A stretch of DNA of 36,990 nucleotides from Pseudomonadota bacterium (lineage in GTDB: Bacteria; Myxococcota_A; UBA796; SXON01), in assembly GCA_005776735.1 (NCBI GenBank), contig SXOM01000024.1:1-36990 (forward strand), written 5' to 3'. The notes below the pieces were generated by a model. That model was not told where the DNA came from. It did no database searches and saw only the letters and a program-made list of their open reading frames with translations. The position numbers were made by a program, and so were the translations under genes. Shown in pieces: positions 24,489 through 32,794 of this stretch (the first letter of the stretch is position 1; every line of letters starts with the position of its first letter).

Positions 24489-25639
24489 CTCAGGGAAGCT
24501 GCGAAAGACGTTCCTTCATCGACCGGTACGCCGAGCCACTCGCCGGCGGTGGCGCCCACGTCGGCCAACGAGGTGCGCGTGCCGAGCTCGACGCGGCCGA
24601 GGCCCTGGCGCCACGCGAGCACCGGGACATACTCGCGCGTGTGGTCGCTGCCCGGGGCGGTGGGGTCGTTGCCGTGGTCGGCACAGACCAGCAACAGATC
24701 ATCGGGCCCGAGCGCGGCGAGCACCTCGGGGAGCAGGGCATCGAACGCCTCGATCGCGCGGGCGTAGCCCTCGGGGTCGCGCCGGTGGCCGTACAACATG
24801 TCGAAGTCGACGAAGTTGGCGAAGACCAGCCCGCCCGCGCCACGGCGGAGCTCGGCAAGGAGCGCCTGCCCGATGGCGGTGTTGTTCCCGGCCTTGATCG
24901 CCCGGTCGAACCCGCGGTCCCCGTAGATGCTCGCGATCTTGCCGATGCTCGTGGTCGGGACGCCGGCGCGGACGAGGTGATCCATCAGCGTGTCGCGCGG
25001 GGGCTGCAACGCGATGTCCTTGCGGTTCTCGGTGCGGACGTAGGCACCGGAGCTCCCGACGAACGGCCGCGCGATGACCCGCGCGATGCCCCACCGGCTC
25101 ACGACCTCGAACGCCCGTTGGCACCACTGGTAGAGCTGCGGCAGGGGCACCACCGCCTCGTGAGCCGCGACCTGGAAGACGCTGTCGGCGCTGGTGTAGA
25201 CGATGGGCCGGCCCGTGCGCACGTGCTCGTCGCCGAGGCGCTGGATGATCTCGGTGCCGCTGGCGGCTTCGTTCCCGAGCCAGCCCACGCCGGCCGCGGC
25301 TTCGAACTCCGCCATCAGCTCGGGAGGGAACCCCCCGTAGTAGGTGGTGAAGGCCTCCTGCACCGTGCAACCGGCGATCTCCCAGTGGCCGGCGATCGTG
25401 TCCTTGCCGGCGCCCGCGGTGGCCGCCCGCCCGAACGCCCCCGCGACCCGCGCCGGCTCCGGCACACCCGCGACCGGGCGGATCGACGCGAGGCCGAGCG
25501 CCGCGAGGTGGGGAATCGTGAGCCGGTGGCGCTCGGCGATGTGGCCGAGGGTGTCGGCGCCAGCGTCCCCGTAGCGATCGGCGTCGGGCATCGCGCCGAC
25601 CCCGAGCGAGTCGGCGACGACGAGCGCCACCGTCGGCAT
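24485..25639 (-). CDS. deoB: phosphopentomutase
   Basis: ATG 25639 (residue 84 of ORF 24485..25888). [36 protein letters not shown]... then ...SGKDTIAGHWEIAG..., YTSADSVFQVAAHE, ARVIARPF, FANFVDFDMLYGHRRD and CADHGNDPT..GSDHTREYVPVL are collinear with E. coli DeoB. Confidence 0.92.
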   Translation of the reverse strand: MPTVALVVADSLGVGAMPDADRYGDAGADTLGHIAERHRLTIPHLAALGLASIRPVAGVPEPARVAGAFGRAATAGAGKDTIAGHWEIAGCTVQEAFTTYYGGFPPELMAEFEAAAGVGWLGNEAASGTEIIQRLGDEHVRTGRPIVYTSADSVFQVAAHEAVVPLPQLYQWCQRAFEVVSRWGIARVIARPFVGSSGAYVRTENRKDIALQPPRDTLMDHLVRAGVPTTSIGKIASIYGDRGFDRAIKAGNNTAIGQALLAELRRGAGGLVFANFVDFDMLYGHRRDPEGYARAIEAFDALLPEVLAALGPDDLLLVCADHGNDPTAPGSDHTREYVPVLAWRQGLGRVELGTRTSLADVGATAGEWLGVPVDEGTSFAASLR

Positions 25640-26517
25640 CAGTACCCGCCCTTGCTCGTGCCGCCGGTGACGATGACCACCGACGCGCTCGCGCCGAGCC
25701 GGTTCGCGCCCGCACCGATCATGGCCGCCGCGTCGGCCGCGTTGCGGACCCCGCCGGAGGCCTTGACCCCCATCTCGGGGCCGACGACCTGGCGCATCAG
25801 CCGGATGTCCTCGACCGTGGCGCCGCCGCCGGAGAACCCGGTGCTCGTCTTCACGAACTGCGCCCCCGCCGCCTTGCTGAGCGCGCACGCCGCGACCTTC
25901 TGCTCACGGTTGAGCAGGTGGGTCTCGAGGATGACCTTGACCGGGCGTCCCCCCGCGGCGTCGACCACGCCGCGGATGTCGTCGAAGACCGCCGTGTGGT
26001 CGCCGCTCTTGAGCAGGCCCAGGTTGATGACCATGTCGATCTCGTCGGCCCCGTTGGCGATGGCCTCGCGCGTTTCGGCGGCCTTGGCGCGCGTGGTGGC
26101 CGCGCCCAGCGGGAAGCCCACCACGCAGATCGTCATGACGCCCGCGCCCTGCAGCAGGCCCTTGCAGAGCGGCACCCAGGTGGTGTTCACACACACACTG
26201 GCGAAGCGGAACTTGCGTGCCTCTTCGCACAACTTCACGTGGTCGGCCCGCGTGGCGTCGGCCTTGAGCAGCGTGTGGTCGATCTTCCGGGCGACGTCGC
26301 CCGGGGACGACTCGGGGCTCTGCCCGTCGGTGCCGAGCCGATCGGCCCCGCCGAGCGCGGCGTCGAGACCCGACTGGTCCTGCCAGGTGCCCCGCACCTC
26401 GGCCAGCGGCGGCACGATCTTCATGGTCTGGGCGGCGGACATCTCGGCCCGCACACGTTCGGCGATCCGCTCGATCAGGGTTTCCATCTCGGTGGGCATT
26501 CCCGCCGCATAACCCAC
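25639..26517 (-). CDS. deoC: deoxyribose-phosphate aldolase with a ~75-aa N-terminal extension
   Basis: ORF 25639..26517 (GTG; ATG 26499 is a good alternative start). The core is ...[38 protein letters not shown]...GFPLGA...[10 protein letters not shown]...KVILET..L...FVKTSTGF...GVKASGGVR... The stop overlaps the deoB start by 1 nt. Confidence 0.9.
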   Translation of the reverse strand: MGYAAGMPTEMETLIERIAERVRAEMSAAQTMKIVPPLAEVRGTWQDQSGLDAALGGADRLGTDGQSPESSPGDVARKIDHTLLKADATRADHVKLCEEARKFRFASVCVNTTWVPLCKGLLQGAGVMTICVVGFPLGAATTRAKAAETREAIANGADEIDMVINLGLLKSGDHTAVFDDIRGVVDAAGGRPVKVILETHLLNREQKVAACALSKAAGAQFVKTSTGFSGGGATVEDIRLMRQVVGPEMGVKASGGVRNAADAAAMIGAGANRLGASASVVIVTGGTSKGGY

Positions 26518-26533
26518 GGCGCTACATTGCCGG

Positions 26534-26929
26534 GTGTCCCACGACCCCTACGGTTTCGAGTCCGCGACGCCGCCCGCCGCCCCGCCGGCTTCGGCCGGCT
26601 CCGGCATGGTGGCGGGGGTGAACGTCGCGATCTGGGGCGGGATCGGGCTGGTCTACTGCCTGGGCTGTACCGGCATCTTCGTCCCCACGTACGAGCCCGA
26701 CGCGGGCGATGGGCTCACCGACATGCTCGGGGTGTGGACCATCCTGATGGTACCGGCCTACCCGATGTTCGGCGTGGCCTTCGCCACGCTCGCCCTCCAC
26801 GCGGTCACGCGACGGTGGTGGTCCAGCGCCGGGCCGAACATCATCATCGGCGGGTGTGCGGGGCTGGCGGTGTGGGTGGCCGTGCTCTTCGCGGTGGTGT
26901 GCGCGGGGCTGGACACCCGGCCCGACTGA
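26534..26929 (+). CDS. small membrane protein, hypothetical (3-4 TM)
   Basis: ORF 26534..26929 (GTG; ATG 26606 possible). Hydrophobic segments [43 protein letters not shown] and [22 protein letters not shown] third positions. Confidence 0.5.
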   Translation: MSHDPYGFESATPPAAPPASAGSGMVAGVNVAIWGGIGLVYCLGCTGIFVPTYEPDAGDGLTDMLGVWTILMVPAYPMFGVAFATLALHAVTRRWWSSAGPNIIIGGCAGLAVWVAVLFAVVCAGLDTRPD

Positions 26930-26984
26930 GCGCGCCGCTCCGCTGGCACCCGCTTTGCTACGTTGACGGCGAGGCCCGAACGCC

Positions 26985-27965
26985 GTGCGCGCACTTCCGC
27001 TCCTGTACCTGACGACGTTGGTGGCTTGCGACACCGAAGACACGGGAGACACCTCCGATCCCGGCGTGGTGTGGTCGGTGGAGCACGACGACGACGCCCG
27101 CGCGTGGTCGGGCGTGTGGGGGACCGGACCCGACGACGTCTGGATCGTGGGTGGCGATGCCGACGGGGGCGCCACCCGCCACTACGACGGCAGCGCGTGG
27201 TCGGACGTGCCCGTGCCCAGCGGCACCGGCCTCTTGGTGTGGGTGTACGGGTTCGCCTCCGACGACGTGTACGCGGTGGGCCGCGCCGGCGCGTTGGTGC
27301 ACTGGGACGGCGCCGCCTGGGCCGCGCTCGAGTCCGGCACCGACCGGGACCTGTGGGGGGTGTGGGGCGCCAGCAGCACCGACCTGTGGCTCGTCGGCGG
27401 CGAGGTCACCGGGACGTGGCCGCTCTCCCTGCACTGGGACGGCGCCGCCGCCACCGAGGTCCCCATCGAGGCCGACCAGAACCTGCATGGCGGCGTGGCC
27501 CTCTTCAAGGTGTGGGGGATCGGCGACGACAGCTGGGCGGTCGGCGACCTGGGGCTGGTCCTGCGCTGGGACGGCACACGCTGGATCGAGAACTTCGGCG
27601 GCGAGAAGGCCAACGACGACTTCGTCTCGTTGTGGGGCGAAGCGGCCGACGACGTGGTCGCCGTCGGCGGGCGCGGCAACGGGCGCATCGCGCGGTGGGA
27701 CGGGAGCGGCTGGACCACGACGATGCCGGACGCGCTGACCGGCCTCAACGCGGTGTACGTGCAGGACGGCCTGGCCTTCGTCGGCGGCATCTACGGCTAC
27801 ACGGGCACCCTCGATCTGGCCGACGGCGCCCTGGTCGGCGACCCGGTCGCCGTCACCGACGACGTGCACGCCATCTGGGCCGACGGGGCCGACGCGGTCT
27901 GGGCCGTGGGCGGCGTCTTCACCGCGCCGTACCGCGGGTTCCTCCTCCGCCGGGGTGCTCCGTGA
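26985..27965 (+). CDS. beta-propeller repeat lipoprotein
   Basis: ORF 26985..27965 (GTG). Lipobox LVAC. Six to seven repeats of the type L.GVWG....D.W.VG..G...HWDG..W. Confidence 0.65.
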   Translation: MRALPLLYLTTLVACDTEDTGDTSDPGVVWSVEHDDDARAWSGVWGTGPDDVWIVGGDADGGATRHYDGSAWSDVPVPSGTGLLVWVYGFASDDVYAVGRAGALVHWDGAAWAALESGTDRDLWGVWGASSTDLWLVGGEVTGTWPLSLHWDGAAATEVPIEADQNLHGGVALFKVWGIGDDSWAVGDLGLVLRWDGTRWIENFGGEKANDDFVSLWGEAADDVVAVGGRGNGRIARWDGSGWTTTMPDALTGLNAVYVQDGLAFVGGIYGYTGTLDLADGALVGDPVAVTDDVHAIWADGADAVWAVGGVFTAPYRGFLLRRGAP

Positions 27966-30334
27966 GCCGCGCCGGCCTGCTCCTGGCCCTGGCCGCCTGC
28001 GACAGCGAGGTGGTGCCCGACGGACACGGCGCGATCGCCGAGGGCGTGATGGGGGTGCTCGGCGAGCCGATGCCGTCCGCCACGGCCACGCAGTTGGCCA
28101 CATTCGAGCGTGGCAAGGAGGTCGCCACCCGCCGGTTCGACAGCTCGACCGGGCTCGGCCCCGGGTTCAACGTCGCGTTCTGCGCGAGCTGCCACGAGAA
28201 GCCGACCCCCGGGGGCTCGGCCGGCCTGTACCGCAACTTCTTCCTCGCCGGGCGCGAGCTCGACGACGGCAGCTTCTTCTTCGGCACGTCGGCGGGGAAC
28301 GGGTCGGGGGTCGTGCGCATGAACTACCAGGGGCCGCTCTACGATGCGCGCCCCGATCTCCCCGACACCGACAACGTCATCGCGCAGCGCAACGGCATCC
28401 CCATCTATGGGATGGGCCTGTTGGCCGAGCTCGACGACGAGGAGATCCTGAGCCGGGCCGACCCCGACGACGCCGACGGCGACGGCATCTCCGGGCGCGC
28501 CAACTACGACCGCGGGTTCGTGGGGCGCTTCGGGATGAAGGCGCAGACCGCATCGATCGAGGCGTTCATCCGCGGCCCGCTCAACAACCACGCCGGCGTG
28601 ACCACCGACCCCCTGAGCGAAGCCCAACGCGCCGAGCTGCCCATCGACTCGAGCCGCCCCACGGCGGTCGGGCGGTGGATGCCCCCGGGCCGCCCGCGCT
28701 GGGTGGTGCCCGACCCCTTCGCCGGCCTCGGCCACGTCGCGCAGGCCGCCGCCCCCGACGGCCCGCTGGTCGACACCGACGACATCCCCGACCCCGAGCT
28801 CTCCACCGCCGACCTCTTCGACCTCGTCAGCTTCGCGATGCTGCTCGCGGTGCCCGAGATCGAGGAGCCCGCGGGGGACGCCCTCCGCGGCCGGGACGCC
28901 TTCGACGAGGTGGGCTGTGGCGGGTGCCACACGCCCCGCCTGGACGGGCCGCGCGGCCCGGTGCCGGTGTACTCCGACCTGCTGCTGCACAACATGGGCG
29001 CCGACCTCGAGGACGGGATCGTGATGGGGTTCGCCGACGCCGACGAGTTCCGCACCATGCCGCTCTGGGGCGTGGCCGCCTCGGGCCCCTACCTGCACGA
29101 CGGGCGCGCCCCCAGCCTGCACGACGCCATCGTGCTCCACGGCGGCGAGGCCACGGCGTCCCGCGACGCCTACACGGCGCTCTCCCCCGCCGCACAGGCC
29201 GAGCTGATCGAGTTCCTCCGCTCGCTGGGCGGGCGCAGCCAGACCTCGACGGGCATGTTGCCCCCCGACGCTGTGGTGCCCGCGGTGGGGGAGTGGGGCG
29301 GGCCGCTGGCCGAGCTCAGCGAGGCGGACACGCTCACGTTCGCCGCCGCACGCGAACGGTTCGACCACGAGTTCTCGCTCGACGAAGGCGTCGGCAACCC
29401 GCGCTACAACGGAGACTCCTGCCGGGCCTGCCACTTCGACCCGGTGATCGGCGGCTCGGGGCCGCGCGATCTGAACGTGATGCGGCACGGGATCGTCGCC
29501 GGCGACGCCTTCATCGTGCCCACGCTCGGCACGACGGTGCTGCACCGCGAGCTCGCGCTGCGCGACGTCGGCATCGACGCCCAGGCCGAGATCAACGTGT
29601 ACGAGTCCCGCAACAGCCCCCCGCTCTTCGGCCTCGGCCTCGTCGAGGCCGTCCCCGACACGACGATCGAAGCGCTGGCCGACCCGGATGACACCGTGAC
29701 CCCCGACGGGATCACCGGGCGCGTGGGCCGGGTCGACGGCGGCCGCCTCGGCCGCTTCGGCTGGAAGGCCGACGTCCCCACCCTGGACGAGTTCGTGCGC
29801 GACGCCGTCGGCACCGAGCTCGGCATGACCCTCCCCTACCAGGAGGGGCTGAGTTTCGGGCGTCTCTACGACAACGACGACGTCGCCGACCCCGAGCTCA
29901 CCGACGTCGACAGCGCGTTCCTCGCGCACTTCATCCGAACCCTGGGCCCGCCGCCGCGCCCGCCCGGGGTCGACGAAGCGGCCGAAGCGCGCGGTGAGGC
30001 CGGCTTCATCGAGGTCGGCTGCGCCCTCTGCCACGTGCCCGTGCTCGAGAGCGACCTCGGCCCGGTGCCGCTCTACAGCGATCTCCTCCTGCACGAGCTG
30101 CTCGACGAAGGCGCCGTGGGCATCGAGTCGGGCAGCGCCTCGATGACCGAGTTCCGCACGCCGCCGCTGTGGGGCATCGCCGAGACCGGGCCCTACTTCC
30201 ACGACGGGGCGAGCGAGACCCTCGCCGACGCGATCGACCGCCACGCCGGCGAAGCAACCGCCTCTCGCGACGCGTGGCGCCTGCTCGACGCCGACGCCCA
30301 GGCCGACCTCCTCACCTTCCTGGAGTCGCGATGA
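27962..30334 (+). CDS. lipoprotein made of two tandem DUF1111 (di-haem, CCP/MauG-like oxidoreductase) modules; four CxxCH sites
   Basis: GTG 27962 in ORF 26963..30334 (GTGA overlap). Lipobox LAAC. Module 1 carries GLGPGFNVAFCASCH, GRFGMKAQ, GCGGCHTP, YSDLLLHNMG and FRTMPLWG..GPYLHDG..HGGEA. Module 2 carries the same order: SCRACH, GRFGWKAD, GCALCHVP, YSDLLLHELL and FRTPPLWG..GPYFHDG..HAGEA. Confidence 0.8.
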   Translation: MSRAGLLLALAACDSEVVPDGHGAIAEGVMGVLGEPMPSATATQLATFERGKEVATRRFDSSTGLGPGFNVAFCASCHEKPTPGGSAGLYRNFFLAGRELDDGSFFFGTSAGNGSGVVRMNYQGPLYDARPDLPDTDNVIAQRNGIPIYGMGLLAELDDEEILSRADPDDADGDGISGRANYDRGFVGRFGMKAQTASIEAFIRGPLNNHAGVTTDPLSEAQRAELPIDSSRPTAVGRWMPPGRPRWVVPDPFAGLGHVAQAAAPDGPLVDTDDIPDPELSTADLFDLVSFAMLLAVPEIEEPAGDALRGRDAFDEVGCGGCHTPRLDGPRGPVPVYSDLLLHNMGADLEDGIVMGFADADEFRTMPLWGVAASGPYLHDGRAPSLHDAIVLHGGEATASRDAYTALSPAAQAELIEFLRSLGGRSQTSTGMLPPDAVVPAVGEWGGPLAELSEADTLTFAAARERFDHEFSLDEGVGNPRYNGDSCRACHFDPVIGGSGPRDLNVMRHGIVAGDAFIVPTLGTTVLHRELALRDVGIDAQAEINVYESRNSPPLFGLGLVEAVPDTTIEALADPDDTVTPDGITGRVGRVDGGRLGRFGWKADVPTLDEFVRDAVGTELGMTLPYQEGLSFGRLYDNDDVADPELTDVDSAFLAHFIRTLGPPPRPPGVDEAAEARGEAGFIEVGCALCHVPVLESDLGPVPLYSDLLLHELLDEGAVGIESGSASMTEFRTPPLWGIAETGPYFHDGASETLADAIDRHAGEATASRDAWRLLDADAQADLLTFLESR

Positions 30335-31671
30335 CCCTCTGCTGGTTGGTCCTCGCCGCCTGCGACTCCGAAGACACCGGCGACACGGCCGGGCCGGACA
30401 GCGCCGACACCGCCGACTCTGGCGACGGCACGGTCACCGACCCGCTGTCGATGCCGGCCACCCCCACGCTCGACGCCGGCGACTTTCCCACCTCGGACAC
30501 CTGCGCCGAGTGCCATCCCGATCACGTCGCAGAGTGGGCGGTCTCCACGCACGCCTACGCGATCGTCGACCCCGTCTTCCAGGCCCTGGTCGGGCTGCGG
30601 CAGGGGCACGCCGACGGCCGCGAGGACCGCGTGTGCACGCAGTGCCACAGCGCCATCGGCGTACGCTCGGGCGAGATCGGCCCCGGCTTCTCGTTCTCGG
30701 CGCTGAGCCCGGTGGTGCAGGAGGGGGTCACCTGCGTCGCCTGCCACACCGTGACCGACGTCCAACGGCCCTACAACAGCGGCCACGTGCTCGACCCCGG
30801 GGCGCCGATGCAGGGGCCCATCGCCGACGCCGCGTCGACCACCGCACACCTGTCGGCCTACAGCGATCTCTTCGACGACGCCGAGCTCTGCGGGGGATGT
30901 CACGACGTGACCGAGCCGACCGGCCTCGAGCTCGAGCGGCCCTACGCCGAGTGGTTGCAGTCCCCGTCCCAGGCCGAGGGCACCCCCTGCCAGGGGTGCC
31001 ACATGACGTCGACCCGGGGGCCGGCCGCGACGGGCGGCCCCGAGCGCGACCGTCACGACCACCGCTTCGTCGGCCTCGACAACCCCACCGGCGACCCCGA
31101 GCTGCAAGCGCGCGTGGAGGCCCTGCTCACCGACATCGCTGCCGTCGACCTGATCGTGCCCGCGTCGAGCCCTGTGGGCGAGCGGTTGGTGGTCACCGCC
31201 GACGTGCACAACCTCATCGACGGCCACAACCTGCCCACCGGCTCGACGTTCATTCGGGAGCTGTGGGTCGAGCTCCTGGTTGCCGACGACGCAGGCACGA
31301 TCGTCTACGCGTCGGGCACGCTCGGGGTGGAGGGCGACCTGCGCGGCTACTGGTCCCCGAGCGACCCGTACGGCGACCCCGACCTGGTCACCTTCGGGTC
31401 GGCGTTCGTCGACGCCTGGGGCGAGCCCACCCTGTTCCCGTGGCTCGCGTCCGAACACTGGAGCGCGGCCATTCCGCCGCAGTACCACCGCGCGGTGAGC
31501 TGGATGGTGCCCACCGACACGCTCGCCGAGGGCACCTACACCGTGTCCGCGCGGCTGCGCCTGCGACCGTTCCCGCCGTTCCTGCTCCGCGCGCTCGGCC
31601 AGAACGCGGCCGCCGACGCCCAGCCCATCTACGACCTCGCGAGCGCCGACGCCGTGGTGGAGCTGCGGTGA
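30331..31671 (+). CDS. pentahaem c-type cytochrome lipoprotein with a non-haem C-terminal beta-rich domain
   Basis: ATG 30331 in ORF 30169..31671 (ATGA overlap). Lipobox LAAC. Five CxxCH sites: CAECH, CTQCH, CVACH, CGGCH and CQGCH. The first motif is followed by ..W..S.HA, as in multihaem families. Confidence 0.85.
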   Translation: MTLCWLVLAACDSEDTGDTAGPDSADTADSGDGTVTDPLSMPATPTLDAGDFPTSDTCAECHPDHVAEWAVSTHAYAIVDPVFQALVGLRQGHADGREDRVCTQCHSAIGVRSGEIGPGFSFSALSPVVQEGVTCVACHTVTDVQRPYNSGHVLDPGAPMQGPIADAASTTAHLSAYSDLFDDAELCGGCHDVTEPTGLELERPYAEWLQSPSQAEGTPCQGCHMTSTRGPAATGGPERDRHDHRFVGLDNPTGDPELQARVEALLTDIAAVDLIVPASSPVGERLVVTADVHNLIDGHNLPTGSTFIRELWVELLVADDAGTIVYASGTLGVEGDLRGYWSPSDPYGDPDLVTFGSAFVDAWGEPTLFPWLASEHWSAAIPPQYHRAVSWMVPTDTLAEGTYTVSARLRLRPFPPFLLRALGQNAAADAQPIYDLASADAVVELR

Positions 31672-32303
31672 TCACCCTGGCGCTCTTGGGCTGTGCCGCC
31701 CCGCTCGGTCCCGCGCCGGGGGTGGCCACCGCCGATGGCTGCGTGCTCGCCGTCCACGTCGCCCGCGACGAGGAGGTGCCCGAAACCACCGCGTCGGAGC
31801 TGCTCGCGGCCCTGGTGGCCGCCGGCCCCACCCTGGACCTGCGGCTGGTCCCCGACGCGGGCACGGCGCGCACCTTCGACCTCGGCGACCCGCTCGCCGG
31901 CGACGCTCCCGACGCCCTGGCCGACGCCGTGACCGCCATCGCCACGCCCGTCCGGGACGGGGTCGAGCTGGTCGTGGTGCCCACGCTCGCGGCCCCCCAC
32001 ACGGTCGCCGCCCGCACGCTCGGGACCCTCCGCGGCGTGGCGCTGTCGCCCTGGGCACCCCCGCTGCCCGCCGGCCTGCGCGACCTGCCCCCGTGGACCC
32101 CGTCGGTCTTCGCGGCCGCCGCCGAGCTGCACGGCCGCCCCGACGCCGGCCGGGTGCTCGCCCACGAGCTCGGTCACGCCCTCGGGCTCGCGCACGATCC
32201 ACGTCCCGACAACCTGATGTACGGTGGGGGCGACGGCGCCGCCCTCGACGCGGTACAACGACAAACCGTCCGCACCACCGCCTGCCCCGAGCCACCCGCA
32301 TGA
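31668..32303 (+). CDS. small metzincin-type zinc metalloprotease lipoprotein
   Basis: GTG 31668 in ORF 30510..32303 (GTGA overlap). Lipobox LLGC. VLAHELGHALGLAHDPRPDNLMYGGG gives the HExxHxxGxxH(D) motif plus a Met-turn candidate. Confidence 0.8.
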   Translation: MITLALLGCAAPLGPAPGVATADGCVLAVHVARDEEVPETTASELLAALVAAGPTLDLRLVPDAGTARTFDLGDPLAGDAPDALADAVTAIATPVRDGVELVVVPTLAAPHTVAARTLGTLRGVALSPWAPPLPAGLRDLPPWTPSVFAAAAELHGRPDAGRVLAHELGHALGLAHDPRPDNLMYGGGDGAALDAVQRQTVRTTACPEPPA

Positions 32304-32782
32304 TCACGCTCCTCCTGCTCCTCGGTTGCGAAGACGTCGAGGCCGCGTGCGCCGCGGCCGCGGTGGCCGGCCCGACGCTCACGCTGGGCACGGGCGAGTC
32401 GGCCTGGGAGGCCCTCGAGGCGGATCAGTCCGTCGGCTGGGACTACGGGACCCAGGGCGGCATGCACGTCTACGGCAGCCTCCAGGCCACCCACCTCGTG
32501 CAGCCGGCTTCGAACAACCTCGCCGATCCGGCCACCCCCCTGGTCGACTTCGTGCTCCTCGACGGCGACGTGGAGATCGCCGGCTTCCGCGAGCTGCCGC
32601 ACCACTTCACCGAGGGCCTGGACGGCTCGTTCCAGGTGCTCGGCGACCGCCTGGTGCTGTACGAAGAGGACGAAGGGTACCTGGACGGGCTCGCCGTCGT
32701 GATGCGCGCGCAGGTGACCGACCGGTGCGGCACCCCCGTGCAGGCCGAGCTGCCGCTGGTCCTGTCGGCGTCCGACGACTGA
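32300..32782 (+). CDS. small lipoprotein, paralogous to the product of 9700..10173
   Basis: ATG 32300 in ORF 32093..32782 (ATGA overlap). Lipobox LLLGC, a second Cys 7 residues later, then WDYGTQGGMHVYG and ...RAQVTDRCGTPVQAEL... Confidence 0.6.
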   Translation: MITLLLLLGCEDVEAACAAAAVAGPTLTLGTGESAWEALEADQSVGWDYGTQGGMHVYGSLQATHLVQPASNNLADPATPLVDFVLLDGDVEIAGFRELPHHFTEGLDGSFQVLGDRLVLYEEDEGYLDGLAVVMRAQVTDRCGTPVQAELPLVLSASDD

Positions 32783-32794
32783 CCCACCCCTCGG

